A DNA stretch of 64,000 bases, taken from the NCBI GenBank assembly GCA_030141605.1, contig JAQGDQ010000026.1, positions 372,001 to 436,000 on the forward strand. Reading direction: 5' to 3'. Every line of letters starts with the position of its first letter. Position 1 is the first letter of the stretch. The DNA is from Tubiluchus corallicola (taxonomy: Eukaryota > Animalia > Priapulida). Of this stretch, positions 50,971 through 62,545 are shown piece after piece. The translations under genes were made by a program, and so were the position numbers. The notes under the pieces were generated by a model. It ran no database searches and was not told the origin of the DNA. It saw only the letters and a program-made list of their open reading frames with translations.

Positions 50971-53900
50971 AAGGTAAGGTACCAAGAATTCTAAGCCTAG
51001 CTGATAGCAGTAATACAAATGTAGCTCTCGAAACTCTTCATCAGCCACGCAGTTGCGCTGCCACTTACGACAGAAGAATCTCCAAACTGTAAATTTTCCA
51101 GTTACCGTGTTAAACGGTACTATAGAACGAATCGTTTTCTGCGCAGTTTTTACCGCCTTTCAGGCTTTCACGCTAGAAATACAAGAAATCTTCGTCAGCG
51201 TTGTCGGCCTGTTGCAACACACAGGCTGACAGCTAGCATAGGTCATAATTATGCAACATACATATGGTAATTATAATAGTGGTAAATTTTTACTAAATAA
51301 AATAATACGATAACTTATAAAAACTAATCCTGAGCGGACATCCATACTAAATACTGAGGCTACGATTCTTTATTGATTGTGTATAGTATAACTCACTCCC
51401 AGAAAAGGGTTGTGTTACGTTCTGTACAATGTCTTTGCACTGTCTTCTGGCCACCAAACTTAAAACTTGTGTCTTTAGTACTTTACTCGAGAAATACATG
51501 TTAACTCTTTCAGGACCGTGAGCGTTTGATGCATTTTGCACGGGTTCATGAAAACCGCTCTCGTTAAGCAATGATTACATTATATTTCATAATTTTTGTA
51601 GGTTTGTACTCCTCACATAATGGATTTTCAAGCAAAATTATATATGAAGTGCACCTGTTAATTTACAAAAATTAGAAATTGATTTTGGATAAATAAATTG
51701 AAAAGCTTTCAGTAACTGCAGTATTTGTACTGTAACAAAGTACAGTATCACTTGTTGTGAAATTGACTAATCCAGAATATTTCAACTATTCAGACACAAC
51801 ACTCTGATATACTTTGGCCTCGAGTCTATTCTATTTTTGAGGAAATAATCCGTGTTAAAACTTGAAACGACCTTAATTTGTCCTTGGCTGATCAGTTGGT
51901 TTTTCCTGGAATAGCAGCAGAACACTACACAGCTTGGGCTGTAGCAAGCAGGCGATCAATAAATTACTGTGTACGATCATGCAAGTGTGCACCAGAAGAG
52001 TTTGCTACACATTAGGCGAGTTAGTGTACCTGAAAAAGGCGTACTTTTTTAAATTTTATCCACTTAAATCACTTATAAATATTTAAACAAATAGCATGAT
52101 TGGGATAGTCGATAAATTCCTGAATAGAACAGTACCTAGTCTGTAATCATTTAAGTTATGTCTGTGCTCATACAGTGGCAGAAAAGTAACAGGTCTTATA
52201 AGACCTATTCTGAATGGTGTGGTCCTGAAGCAGTTAATGTTTCGCAAGTAAATTCGCAATAAACACAAAGCAGTGTTCTGCATAATAAAATCCCTGGATT
52301 AGTAGAGGCAATGGAAGATGCAGTACTAAAGCATCATCAGGCATTTTATTCAGTTTGTCAGTTGACAACACAGGTGTCACATGAACGTTTTTCTATGGAG
52401 TACAAAGTAATGATCAAGTAGCAACAGTTATTTAATCAAATGATTGCTGAATCAATAGCTAGAGGATTTGTCATTCAATAGCGCAGTGTAAAGCCTTGTG
52501 CATCTCGAACAGCCTACAAACTTGAGGGGTATATGACCAGAGCAGATATAATTAACTGATAGCAGTTAATATTATAATAGGCTGAACTAAGAATTAAATT
52601 AAGTTAAACATAAAAAAACTTTCATGGCTTAGAAGTTCCCAAATTCTGGAACTATCCTGAATGGCAGAGTAAAGACAAAAATGATCCAGGAAATTACAAT
52701 AATTGATTCACATTCAAAATAAAAGCTTAATTATAAGACATCTGCAAAAAGTGTTAGAGGATTCTAAGTTCAATCTGATCCCCTTGGGGCATGTCTCCAC
52801 TCTCTAATGTCCATATTCACTATATAAGCACTGGCATAATCACCCTGAAAAATTCATACCCATTTGGGAGCAGGATACATCAAGTCCTCTGCTGGAGAAG
52901 TGGTGAATTAGTACTGCATATGCAATATGCTAGGAAAAGTAGAGTGATCAGCAGCAAATTTGTTAAAAGATCCCCAGTGAGTGATTATATGAATTATGGA
53001 TTATGCAAGATTGCTAAATATAATAGCTCTACACATGATACGTACCATCAGCATCATTATCTGGGTGCTTCTACATTTTAGAACATGGCATGCACCCAGT
53101 CCCCACCTGTTGACGCCATGCATTCCTGTCCACTGCCACTGCCCGCGATGTATTATCCCGCAATCTGGAATTGTATTGCATCGCTCTCCACACTAAATAT
53201 TAGGGAATGATAGATTTTTTATTGATTCGGTAATACTTTGATGTAATGCAGTTGTTCCGTACTATTACTCTTTGGTTTTGTACTTACCCCCGCAAAAGAT
53301 CTTGAGACTTTAGATTTTAGATTTTAGATTCATACCAAATGGGTATGAATTATAGCGCTCCTCTTGCGGAGTAGAATCCATGCTTCAGTCAAATTGCGCG
53401 TGGCAAATTCTAGCAGTGCACAAACGACTGAAAATCAATCACACCTGCGCTCTTAGGTGACTGTTACAGTACTGTATAGTGTAAGTTTTGCTAAACTAAC
53501 AGAACTGCGAGTTGTTAAAAAACTGTTATTAAATTTTAACAAGAAAGCCAAAATGGCTTTGTAGTAGCGCATTCATTAAATGTTATTAGTGTCTCATGTA
53601 ACTTAGGGAAAATGTAGAGTACAAAAACTTGGGAACGAGGTAATCAGTTTTTAGATAATGCTAAGGATGTCGTATCAGTCGCACGTTCCACAGCCGGGTG
53701 CACCATTTGAATGCCTTTCAGTAAGTACTTTGTACATAGCTGTAAACATTTTAACAATAGATAAACTGAATTTTCAGCCTATTGATCAATTAGCGCTGAA
53801 GGCATTTTTAACTTTTAGCTGAAATCATAGCGTTGTGTACACCTACTTCAATTGGACTATATTTTATAGATGGAAAAATATTAGTAACACAGTGCAAAGG

Positions 53901-54568
53901 TTTTAGTGTTACGTCACTGGTATCGCGTGCTGTGCTGCTTTATTGTTGCATCATGTTTAGTTTTCTGTTTTTTCCTTTCTGCTTCCTATCATTTTTGCTT
54001 TTCAATTTAAAATGTTTCATTGTCAAGTTGGTTAGTGCCACTCAAATATTTCTTTTAACAAACTGTAATCATTTTTATTTTACGTTTAGCAACAGATAAA
54101 ATTGTAAGTGAAAAGTGGATTTCTAGGTGTGATCGTCTAATCGCTGTGTCAAACCTGGACAGCATGACAGAATATGTTCCCTGCACTTTACGTCTCTACT
54201 GACAATGGTTTTGAGCCTAGCCCAGCAAACTGGTATACTGTCTGACTAAATTTGAGGTTGAAAAGGAAAAGAGAACTGAAAACCAAGAAGAAATGCCTTT
54301 CTGAGCATTTTTTAACTCTTTGAAAGAGTGATCCCTACATTTTTTTGAATGGGCAAATGGGGCTCCAAAAAAGAAAGATTTAGTTTGAAGTCATAAATAA
54401 TACTGATCCTCTAAAATTTTACTGCTGTATAATATTTGTGCAGTTGCGTATCTTTATTGTTGCCTTCTTCCAAACAATTTTTTTGCTTTAGCACGATAGA
54501 TGGTCGATTCAATTTCAGGCAAGGGGTGCTCTATCTCCATTGCATTTGTTTTTTGCACTATTTGGCAC

Positions 54569-54600
54569 CTCCTGGTGATGCCCTTCTGTCAATTCCTTTA
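54569..54600 (-). other. Short 18S rRNA-derived fragment abutting the 3' end of the R2-clade element
   Basis: Minus strand TAAAGGAATTGACAGAAGGGCATCACCAGGAG versus the conserved eukaryotic SSU sequence TAAAGGAATTGACGGAAGGGCACCACCAGGAG (30/32, two transitions). Not a functional rRNA gene. Confidence 0.88.
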
Positions 54601-56211
54601 TTTTTATTTTGGCGGATTTCACAGGCGTCGGTTGTAGTCATCTTTGTCACTTCTTGGGGCTCGAGTAGCCCTAGGATGTAGGGATTCAAGCACTATCATC
54701 ATGTGCCAAAGGTAGCGGGAGTCCACTCCCTTTTTCCCTGTTGACCTATACTTTCATCATTCTCTCAGGTACTTTCTCCAGGTGCTGCACAAGCCTCTAA
54801 TCACCAAGCGAATCAACTTGGCTTTGATGCCCAGAAGACGCGAAGGTCTTCAGAAGAGCATCATTAGCTCCACCTGCCCACTCCCCGCGATAGCCCACAC
54901 AGATACCATGCGACGAGGGCAGTGGCAGAGCCGCAACGTCTCTTGACATCAGTACATATTGGTTCGTACTTCGGGCCTTTGTCCCTGCACCCAGCCCTTA
55001 GCCAGTTGATGTTTCCTGCCGCCGAAATGATTGTATCAATAACATACGCATGACTGTCCTTGGTCGCCAGGATGTCAGGATGAAACCTGGTTCTGTTGAC
55101 ATCGAACCGTGGTTCCCTAACGACCGGGAAGCCGTTTTTCGAAAGGGCTTTGGCAAACACATTGCACAGTGCATTATGCCGTCAAGATACAGCATTTTGT
55201 GAGGAAGTGCAATGTTGAAGTATGTGAACCTGACTCTCTACATGTCTCCCACATCTATGGCATCTCCTGATTACATTGGGTACTCCTTGAGTGGAGTTAA
55301 CTCTAGTTGGTAATGAGTTGGTGATCATCTTGAGAACCAAGGTATAATCACCCCCGCTCAGGAGTGCGCTGCTACATAGTAGTGAGTACTCAATAGATCA
55401 GCAGACACGGCTGCAAAACCCTGCCATGTATTTTCTCACTAAACGAATTTAGATGATTTCGGGCCATCTCTCTTTTAGCACGGTTGATATCACGCCCATT
55501 ACTGTAGGCTTCGAGGTTCGAGGCCTTCTTGATCCACTCCAGCTCTTTGTTCCATACCGGAACCGACGCACTAATGCTCACCAGCGAGGCTTGCATATAA
55601 CTAAGCATCTTGACCTTTATTAGAAGCACGTCCTCTTCCAGACAAGAAAATCCCAATCCACCTTTTTTCACAGGAATGTGAAAATACGCATTCGGAACAT
55701 TTCTCGCCAGGTGAAGGATGCATTTTAGGCTTGTTCATATTAGCCTATCTGCTCTGTTGAGGCCATTCGTGTGAACCTCGATATACTAAAGCGGTATGTC
55801 AGACGCGGGATTATCTGATCACATCCACCTTCTGCTGAGGTTTGAGTGGTGCCTTCTCCACTCTAAGCAACCATGCTTTGAGAGAATCTACACCCATGGT
55901 GGGATGCCCCTGTGTGCCAAAGGTTATTCCGAGATATTTGTATGTCTCGGTGACTCCCATCATCGGGATTGGAGTCTGGCTGAAGGTCCATGTGGGATCT
56001 ACAATCACTTTCATAGCCTTTCGTCGGTATGCCTTGACTAGTCGCATGGCTTTGCACTTTTTCGCGTTAGGTGCCATCCCCCTTTTAGTGAAGAAGCCGT
56101 GTGCTGTCTTCACCAAATTGTCCAACTGGTTGAAAATCGGGAGAAACATTTCGAAATGTGAAGAAAGGGAAGTTATCATTAAAATTGGGAGAGCAGAAAT
56201 GCCTTACTCCT
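54601..56211 (-). mobile_element. 5'-truncated, decayed R2-clade (restriction-like endonuclease) non-LTR retrotransposon
   Basis: Late RT blocks (NAKKC, YKYLGITF, APLKPQQK, GGLG), CCHC knuckle CHRCGRHVESQVHILQHC followed by RHN, endonuclease REPRF..PDILA..YVIDT..KY; stop near 54757; about 150 nt 3' UTR with A-rich end; several stops and frameshifts. Confidence 0.9.
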
Positions 56212-57150
56212 AGCCTAGGCTAAACACAGTTTTCATGAAATTTAGCTAAAAAGTTTAACTATTACCTATATTACTAGTGCCTGTATCCCAGAAAGTTATA
56301 ATTAGCAGCTTACTTGCTGCATGATTTAATTTGTGGAGTACTGTTGTTCATATTGTTCATACACCCTAGACAATCTCATATAGTTTCCATGCAGTTACAA
56401 TTTAATAAATTGAAATTGACTGCCTCCTTACTTGATGTAATCAAGAATTTTTTTGGCTATTTGTGACATGTAGTATGATGGAATTTGTGTAAATTCAGTG
56501 AGAAAAATTCCGTTACATTAGCATCTTATTTGTATTTTACTGCATGTGCGCATGCATCATTAAATGCACTAGTGATACCAGTGACGTTGCGCCAAAATTA
56601 ATACAGCTTATTTTTGCCTGTATAAAGCTCCATCAGTTTTTAAATATGATATGGTTATCAGCAATGTTTAAACTACATTTTGACATCCAATCATATTTTG
56701 TCTTCAGTGCTGCTTTAATTGTATAATAGGTGTGTTAATTATTAGTAGATTACCATATTAAACTTTTAGTAAGAGAAATTCATTCAATTTAATATTGCTC
56801 GTCTTATCGCTATCAGAAATATAGTAAAGTCATTTTATGCTAACCAGTAACTGTTGTTCTACTTCACATACTTCATAGCCATTGTGAAAACTTGTAGCGA
56901 AGCAAAACTGAAATAAGCATCTGGCCTGACCATATGAAAGACTTCAGGATGCATATGACACACAACATCTTTCTCTTGGCCATATTTAAATAAGGCAAGA
57001 AATATAGACACAGCTGTTCTTTCCTTTATTACATTTATCACACTTCTAGAAAATCATATTATTTTTGCCACAAAATCTAAACCAGTGAATTTTATTTTTT
57101 TAATATTATTTCCTCAGGCTGTCAATAGTTTGGCAGAAATGTCAAAGAAA

Positions 57151-57320
57151 GTTGACAGTCAATATGTTGGAAAAACATCTCTAAATTGAAATTTCCAGCA
57201 CCATTTCCGATTATCAGCAAAACAATTGATTGTAGTTGACAGTCAATATGATGGGGAAAAACACCTCTAAATTGAAATTTCCAACACCATTTCCGATTAT
57301 CAACAAAACAACTGATTGTC
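57151..57320. repeat. 84-bp tandem duplication
   Basis: GTTGACAGTCAATATG..CTCTAAATTGAAATTTCCA.CACCATTTCCGATTATCA.CAAAACAA.TGATTGT occurs twice. Confidence 0.92.
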
Positions 57321-58735
57321 ACTTTTGCGCTTAATGCATCTATTTTTTAAACTGATACAGAACGATACTTATTATGTTTATTTACCGCCTGTGACGATTT
57401 GGGCCATGTGGGCTAATAGGGAATACGCTTGACTGATTGATGGATATATTTTGCATAAGTTCTCTTTTTACGGTGCTGACCAAAATGAATATAGGCCCTA
57501 TATATTGGTAAATCTATATGTGTACACTCTACTTTACGTGCACAATTATATGAGGGTTATGATGTCTGCTGCATATGCTTTGTTTATTCTAACTGTTTAA
57601 TTTTGTATTGTATTTTGTCCTTTGTTTTGTATGTACGTAATGTATATATGTATGTAGTAAATATGCTCAATATGTCGTATAATTGAAGCATACTCACAAG
57701 TTAGCCCATTTAGTCATTCATGCTTTACAGCAAATGCATCTGTTTATATAAGACTCTGAGCATGGATATATGTGTGGATATGCAATCATGCATCAAGGAA
57801 TTTATAAAATGTAACTTTGTTAGGCAAAATTTGTTGTGCTATGACTGATATTGATCATAAAAAATATATTTATTAAAACGCTTGAGCTTGGGTTGACATT
57901 TTGATAGCCAGTTTCAGGCTAGAACCACTTAAAACTTGTATGGAAACTGTTACTCTATCCGATGGGCCAAAAAAGACTCTTTGTAGAGTGTCGTGCCCTT
58001 ATTCTACTAGAATTGCATGCATTTGTTTTGTGTGCAATTGTTGATGTGTACAAATTTGGTAGAAATTGTTGGTGGTTTGGAATTGCTCACAGTGAAATTC
58101 CTCTGGCAACCAACAATTTTTATACTTGTTCATGGATGAATCAGTTGACATATGTACCAGCAAAGAAATAATGCCTCTTCAGCGACCGTCAGTTTTAATG
58201 AGGCCATTTTTGGCTTTTCTCCACTTTTTTGCCAGCAATGTAGCCCATTAGTATCATCACTCCTAAACTGAAATTGTCACATGTGCACGTGTGCATTTAT
58301 TATTTTTAATGCAAATAGGTGTGACTCACTTTTTGAGTGTTTTAAAAAAGACATTATCAAAAAATAAAAGTGACAGCTTCAAACTGATGGGCTTGGGTTG
58401 TATATGGGAATTTACAAGTTTATATGGTTTTTGCACTCACACTGTTTTCTGTCTTAGTTAGCAGCATATAATGGTCTAGTAGTAACCTCAGTTCAAGCAA
58501 ATACCATATTAGTTGCATGTTTGCACATTGGTTATTTTGCCATTATTTTTTGTGCTCTGCATACCATACAGCCAATGTGTTTGCTAGACTTGGATTATTC
58601 TAGGCCTGCTTATGACAGCATCTTGAAACCACTATAATTTTAAGATCACTATGCGTTCACCAAGCTGCATGATATTATATATATATACTCTTAACCTAGA
58701 CTAAACTCAGTTTTCATGAAATTTAGCTAAAAAGG

Positions 58736-58740
<5 letters not shown>

Positions 58741-58792
<52 letters not shown>
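58741..58792. repeat. (TA)n microsatellite
   Basis: Read directly from the sequence. Confidence 0.97.
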
Positions 58793-58794
<2 letters not shown>

Positions 58795-60284
58795 CCTATG
58801 TGGACTTGAAAGTTTAATAGTAAATTATAGTTTATTACACATGTCTTGAGTAAGGTGATTTTGTTGTATAGATATAGTATACAAAAGTTAATATGCAACA
58901 TCTAGATTTTGAAGCCACCTCTAAGAAAAAAGTTATATTTAAAGCCTCCAAAAATACTCATGTATCTAATCTTTATTCTATGGGGACAGAAGAATAACTG
59001 AATGGGCAGGAATATGCTTAATGAGTGGATAGTGACCAAAATCAAGCAATGCCAGTCCTGATCTGCAAATGGATAGGTTACAGCCAAGTTCAATGCTTTT
59101 TCTGGGTGGCTTCATTTGCAAAATTATTCTGGGTATTTTCCTGCAGTGAAGGGATGCATTCTGATCCAAATATGGCTAAGACAGCTCTACTGGTTCAGTT
59201 TCTCATCTTAGGTGATTAACATGACAAAGAGACAAGTTTTGGTAATGTGGCTTCATACTGACATCGAATGTTTTTTGCTTGCAATTCACTGCTTTCACCA
59301 GTCTAGTATTAGGATATTATCCTGAAATAACATACTGAAATAACCTACATAGATTTTGAAAATATATTAAGAACGGTCACACGTTACAATGTATTGGCTG
59401 TGACATGCCAGTAAGCTGAATAGTAAGGCATGTAAACATAGCCTTGTAAACAATAATAACATTAATAAGTTTATAATTTCAGAGTTCTTTATCATTGTAG
59501 CAAAATGATTGCACTCTTGGAATTGTAACATTCAACTAGTATCCTTTTTTTTAATCCAATAATGTTTTTTATTAACAATGATACTTGCCAGAAAAGGGTT
59601 ATATGGAGCAGTATAAAAAGCCGCCAGTCTGCTCTACGATTGAGCTAACGAAACTTGACAAATGGGTGGATAGTAGCAGGAGAAAGAATCACATTTTTCC
59701 TAGATTTTGACCTTGAAATTCATTAGTCAGACCACTTTTTGAAAAAGTGGGCCTAGGAGAAGGTTGGAGATTTAATTTTGTGTATCTCTCTCATTTTATT
59801 TGTGAATGATGTGATTTTTTACATTTAGTAGCTGAGCTGTAAGCGCAGAATTCCAGTAGTACAATACGTTAAGTGTACTAGAGTTCTGCACTTGCCAAAT
59901 CTTACCTTGCAGCAACAAAAACTACACCATGCATTAATTATTTTTTTAGCTAATTTGTTAACGGGCAGGTTCGTTGCCCGGTGACACTATGGTTAAACTT
60001 TAACAGCACGAGTCCCAAATGTTTTTTTCTATTTCATTATTAAGAAGCTGTCAACCTCATTCCTAGCCCTATGAAAAGCCTGACAGTTTTTCACACGTCA
60101 TTTTCCAAAGATGTATCTGTAAAACGTTGTTCAATTTCTACATGAATAAGAAGTCAGCATTTTTTACGCGAAATCACCAGTGCTAAAGTATTTAGCATCG
60201 TGCTCATTTCGTCAAAACTGTGAAGGTGGCAAGAAAGGATAAGTGTAACATGGATGAAGTTTTTGTTTAAAAATGACTGTTCAA

Positions 60285-60381
60285 AGCGTACCAATATTTC
60301 TATGTAATTGTCTACACACGGTACACCTGTTCATAGCGTACCAATATTTCTATGTAATTGTCTACACACAGTACACCTGTT
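60285..60381. repeat. 50-bp tandem duplication
   Basis: AGCGTACCAATATTTCTATGTAATTGTCTACACAC(G/A)GTACACCTGTT occurs twice. Confidence 0.93.
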
Positions 60382-61439
60382 TGAGGTGAACGCATGGTTT
60401 CCACGTGATATTGGCATTAGTGCTCTTTTCTTTAGGATTTGTATGCAGTTTTGCGCATTTTACAGTGAAACGTTGAACTCTGGGTTAATTTATTATGCAA
60501 ACAAATCATTATTCACCAAACCAGCCGCCTGACTGTAATAATTCTACTCTTTATTCATTGCATGTCATTTGAAAAGCATCGTGCGTTCATTTTTATTGCT
60601 AATATATTTTCCTTTGTAAAACAAAAAATGTGCCGTCTAGTCCTTCGTTAATGCGCTGAAGTCGTCTTGCTTTACTTGCAAATTGTAGATATAAAGCGTC
60701 GTGATACCAGATTGGCAGCGAGCTGTAGTATATATGATTGCAGTCGTTTAACGGTGCACTTAAGGACCGTTTAAAGTAAAACTTTTACATTTAGTTTCAT
60801 GACTCAAACAGCCGCCATGCGCACAATCATGTTGCTATGTTCAGACACTGCTGCTAGGAAGACAGATCGTCTGCTGTCGTAGACTGGTGCTGCAGCGCTA
60901 TATGTATTCCAGGCTTGTGCTGCCAATTGTAGTCGAAGATTTAACTTCATTTAATTGGTGCTAATTGGTGATCAGTTTGTGCCACTGTTTACTTAGTTCT
61001 ACTCTTTTAGTGACTTTTATAAATAGTCACATAGTATTTTTGCGTGAATTTGAAATTCAAAACACCGTTTGGTCTACCATGTTTCGATGTTGACATAGTT
61101 GACGAATATGATTTTACTTAATTTCTGTACCAAACGCATCGTCAAGAACGCTAGATCAACAACATGTTTGTAGTGAATATGCCCGGTGATTTTCCGAAAT
61201 TTCACGTATATAATATGAGGATCGCAAATCTGCATTAATGATGAATTCATTAAACCGAAGTGCAGCTACGGATGACACAAAGCTCGAAATGTTCTATAAG
61301 GTAAAATTTAACGTGATTTAATCTCACGTATGACTTTATAATGTCAGGAACGTGGAGAATAATTGAAATGTATTACCTGTGGAGTTGTCTAACTGTTACT
61401 TACTTATTTGTTAGTAGTTGTATCTGCAAACGTATTTAT

Positions 61440-62545
61440 TTAATATGATTTTAAAGAGAGCAGGTATTTCTCAGAAAGATATGATTACTGTTTATTGTAC
61501 TTTAATAAGACCAATACTGGAATACGCTTGTCCTGCATGTCATATTTCTTTAACCCTTTCATACCCATTGTATCCCGTGGGATACGAGAATATTTTCTGC
61601 CTTTAAAATTAATAAAACTGACAGTTATTTAATCTGTTAATAGTTATTTTGGTTTAAGCCAATAAGAATAGACTAAAAATGGTGATAAAATGGCAAACTA
61701 GAAAATCTACATAGCATAAGAAATTGTGCAAGGTACAGTACTTTAGAGACGACTTTGTACAGATCAGCATAGCGTGCATACTAAATGTCTTAAATACTTT
61801 AAAAAATTATCAGCTGTTGCAAAATGAAACACATTTTATGTTTCCATTGAATCCCAATGTATCCCGTGGGATAAAGGCTATTTTTAGAACACGTGCACAG
61901 GTAGAAAAAAATTATTATGTGTAAACAAGATCGACATACTGAACAAAAGTACCAAGCCAAAAAACTTTTCTTATTAAAAAAATAATTTGGGACTGAAAGG
62001 GTTAACATTAGAACAGACAAAGTTACTCTAGTCACTTCAAAGACGTATTTTAAAGGTAATTTTCCCCTGCACACCTTACGTAGATGCGTTGCAGCTATCA
62101 TAAATTGAATATTTATCTGTACGCAGAAATAACCGTTGTTGAAATTTTTTAAGTCAATCCAAAATTAAGACAGTAGACTTCATTATTTATTACCTAAACA
62201 CAACCCCTGTAAGCACAATCGTCGTAAACAAAATTAAGTACCCTTTTACTCTTTGCCTACTGAACGTTTAAAAGTAGTTTGATACCATATGCACTTTTTA
62301 ATTATCAGTAAGTTCATTACTACTGCATACACTGTGATACGAGATATTATAATAATGGATTTTAATAAGATTAATCTTAACGTAAATTGTTCTCTTTTAA
62401 ATGTAATGGCATTTAAACTTCAGTCTATCTTAATTAGTGTTATGTAATATTGTTTTAATGTAATGTAATTTAATCGTAATCTTAGAGGTGCATCTTAATT
62501 AAGGTAATGTAATTTGATCTTCAGGTTACAAGAGTTTTTAATAAA
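61440..62545 (+). mobile_element. LINE (L2/CR1-like) 3' fragment split by a MITE
   Basis: LKRAG..VYCTLIRPILEYACP..HISLT resumes after the MITE as LEQTKLL*SLQRRILKVIFP..Y.DAL; later IPYAL.NYQ* and an AATAAA tail near 62540. Confidence 0.75.
61554..62001. mobile_element. piggyBac-type MITE
   Basis: TTAA TSD on both sides, TIR CCCTTTCA(T/G)..CCC / GGGACTGAAAGGG, and an internal direct repeat TGTATCCCGTGGGATA (about 61569 and 61858). Confidence 0.85.

Noticed and set aside
53280-53300. TACTTACC resembling the U1 snRNA 5' end
   Set aside because: No U1 body follows; it is better read as an antisense splice donor.
54569-54600. A real rRNA gene
   Set aside because: Only about 32 nt match and the flanks are not rDNA.
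55796-56213. Plus-strand ORFs of 81 and 123 aa
   Set aside because: They are antisense shadows of the retrotransposon RT.
59618-59655. tRNA-like A box on the minus strand (also a B-box-like motif near 14577-14593)
   Set aside because: No complete cloverleaf; probably SINE remnants.
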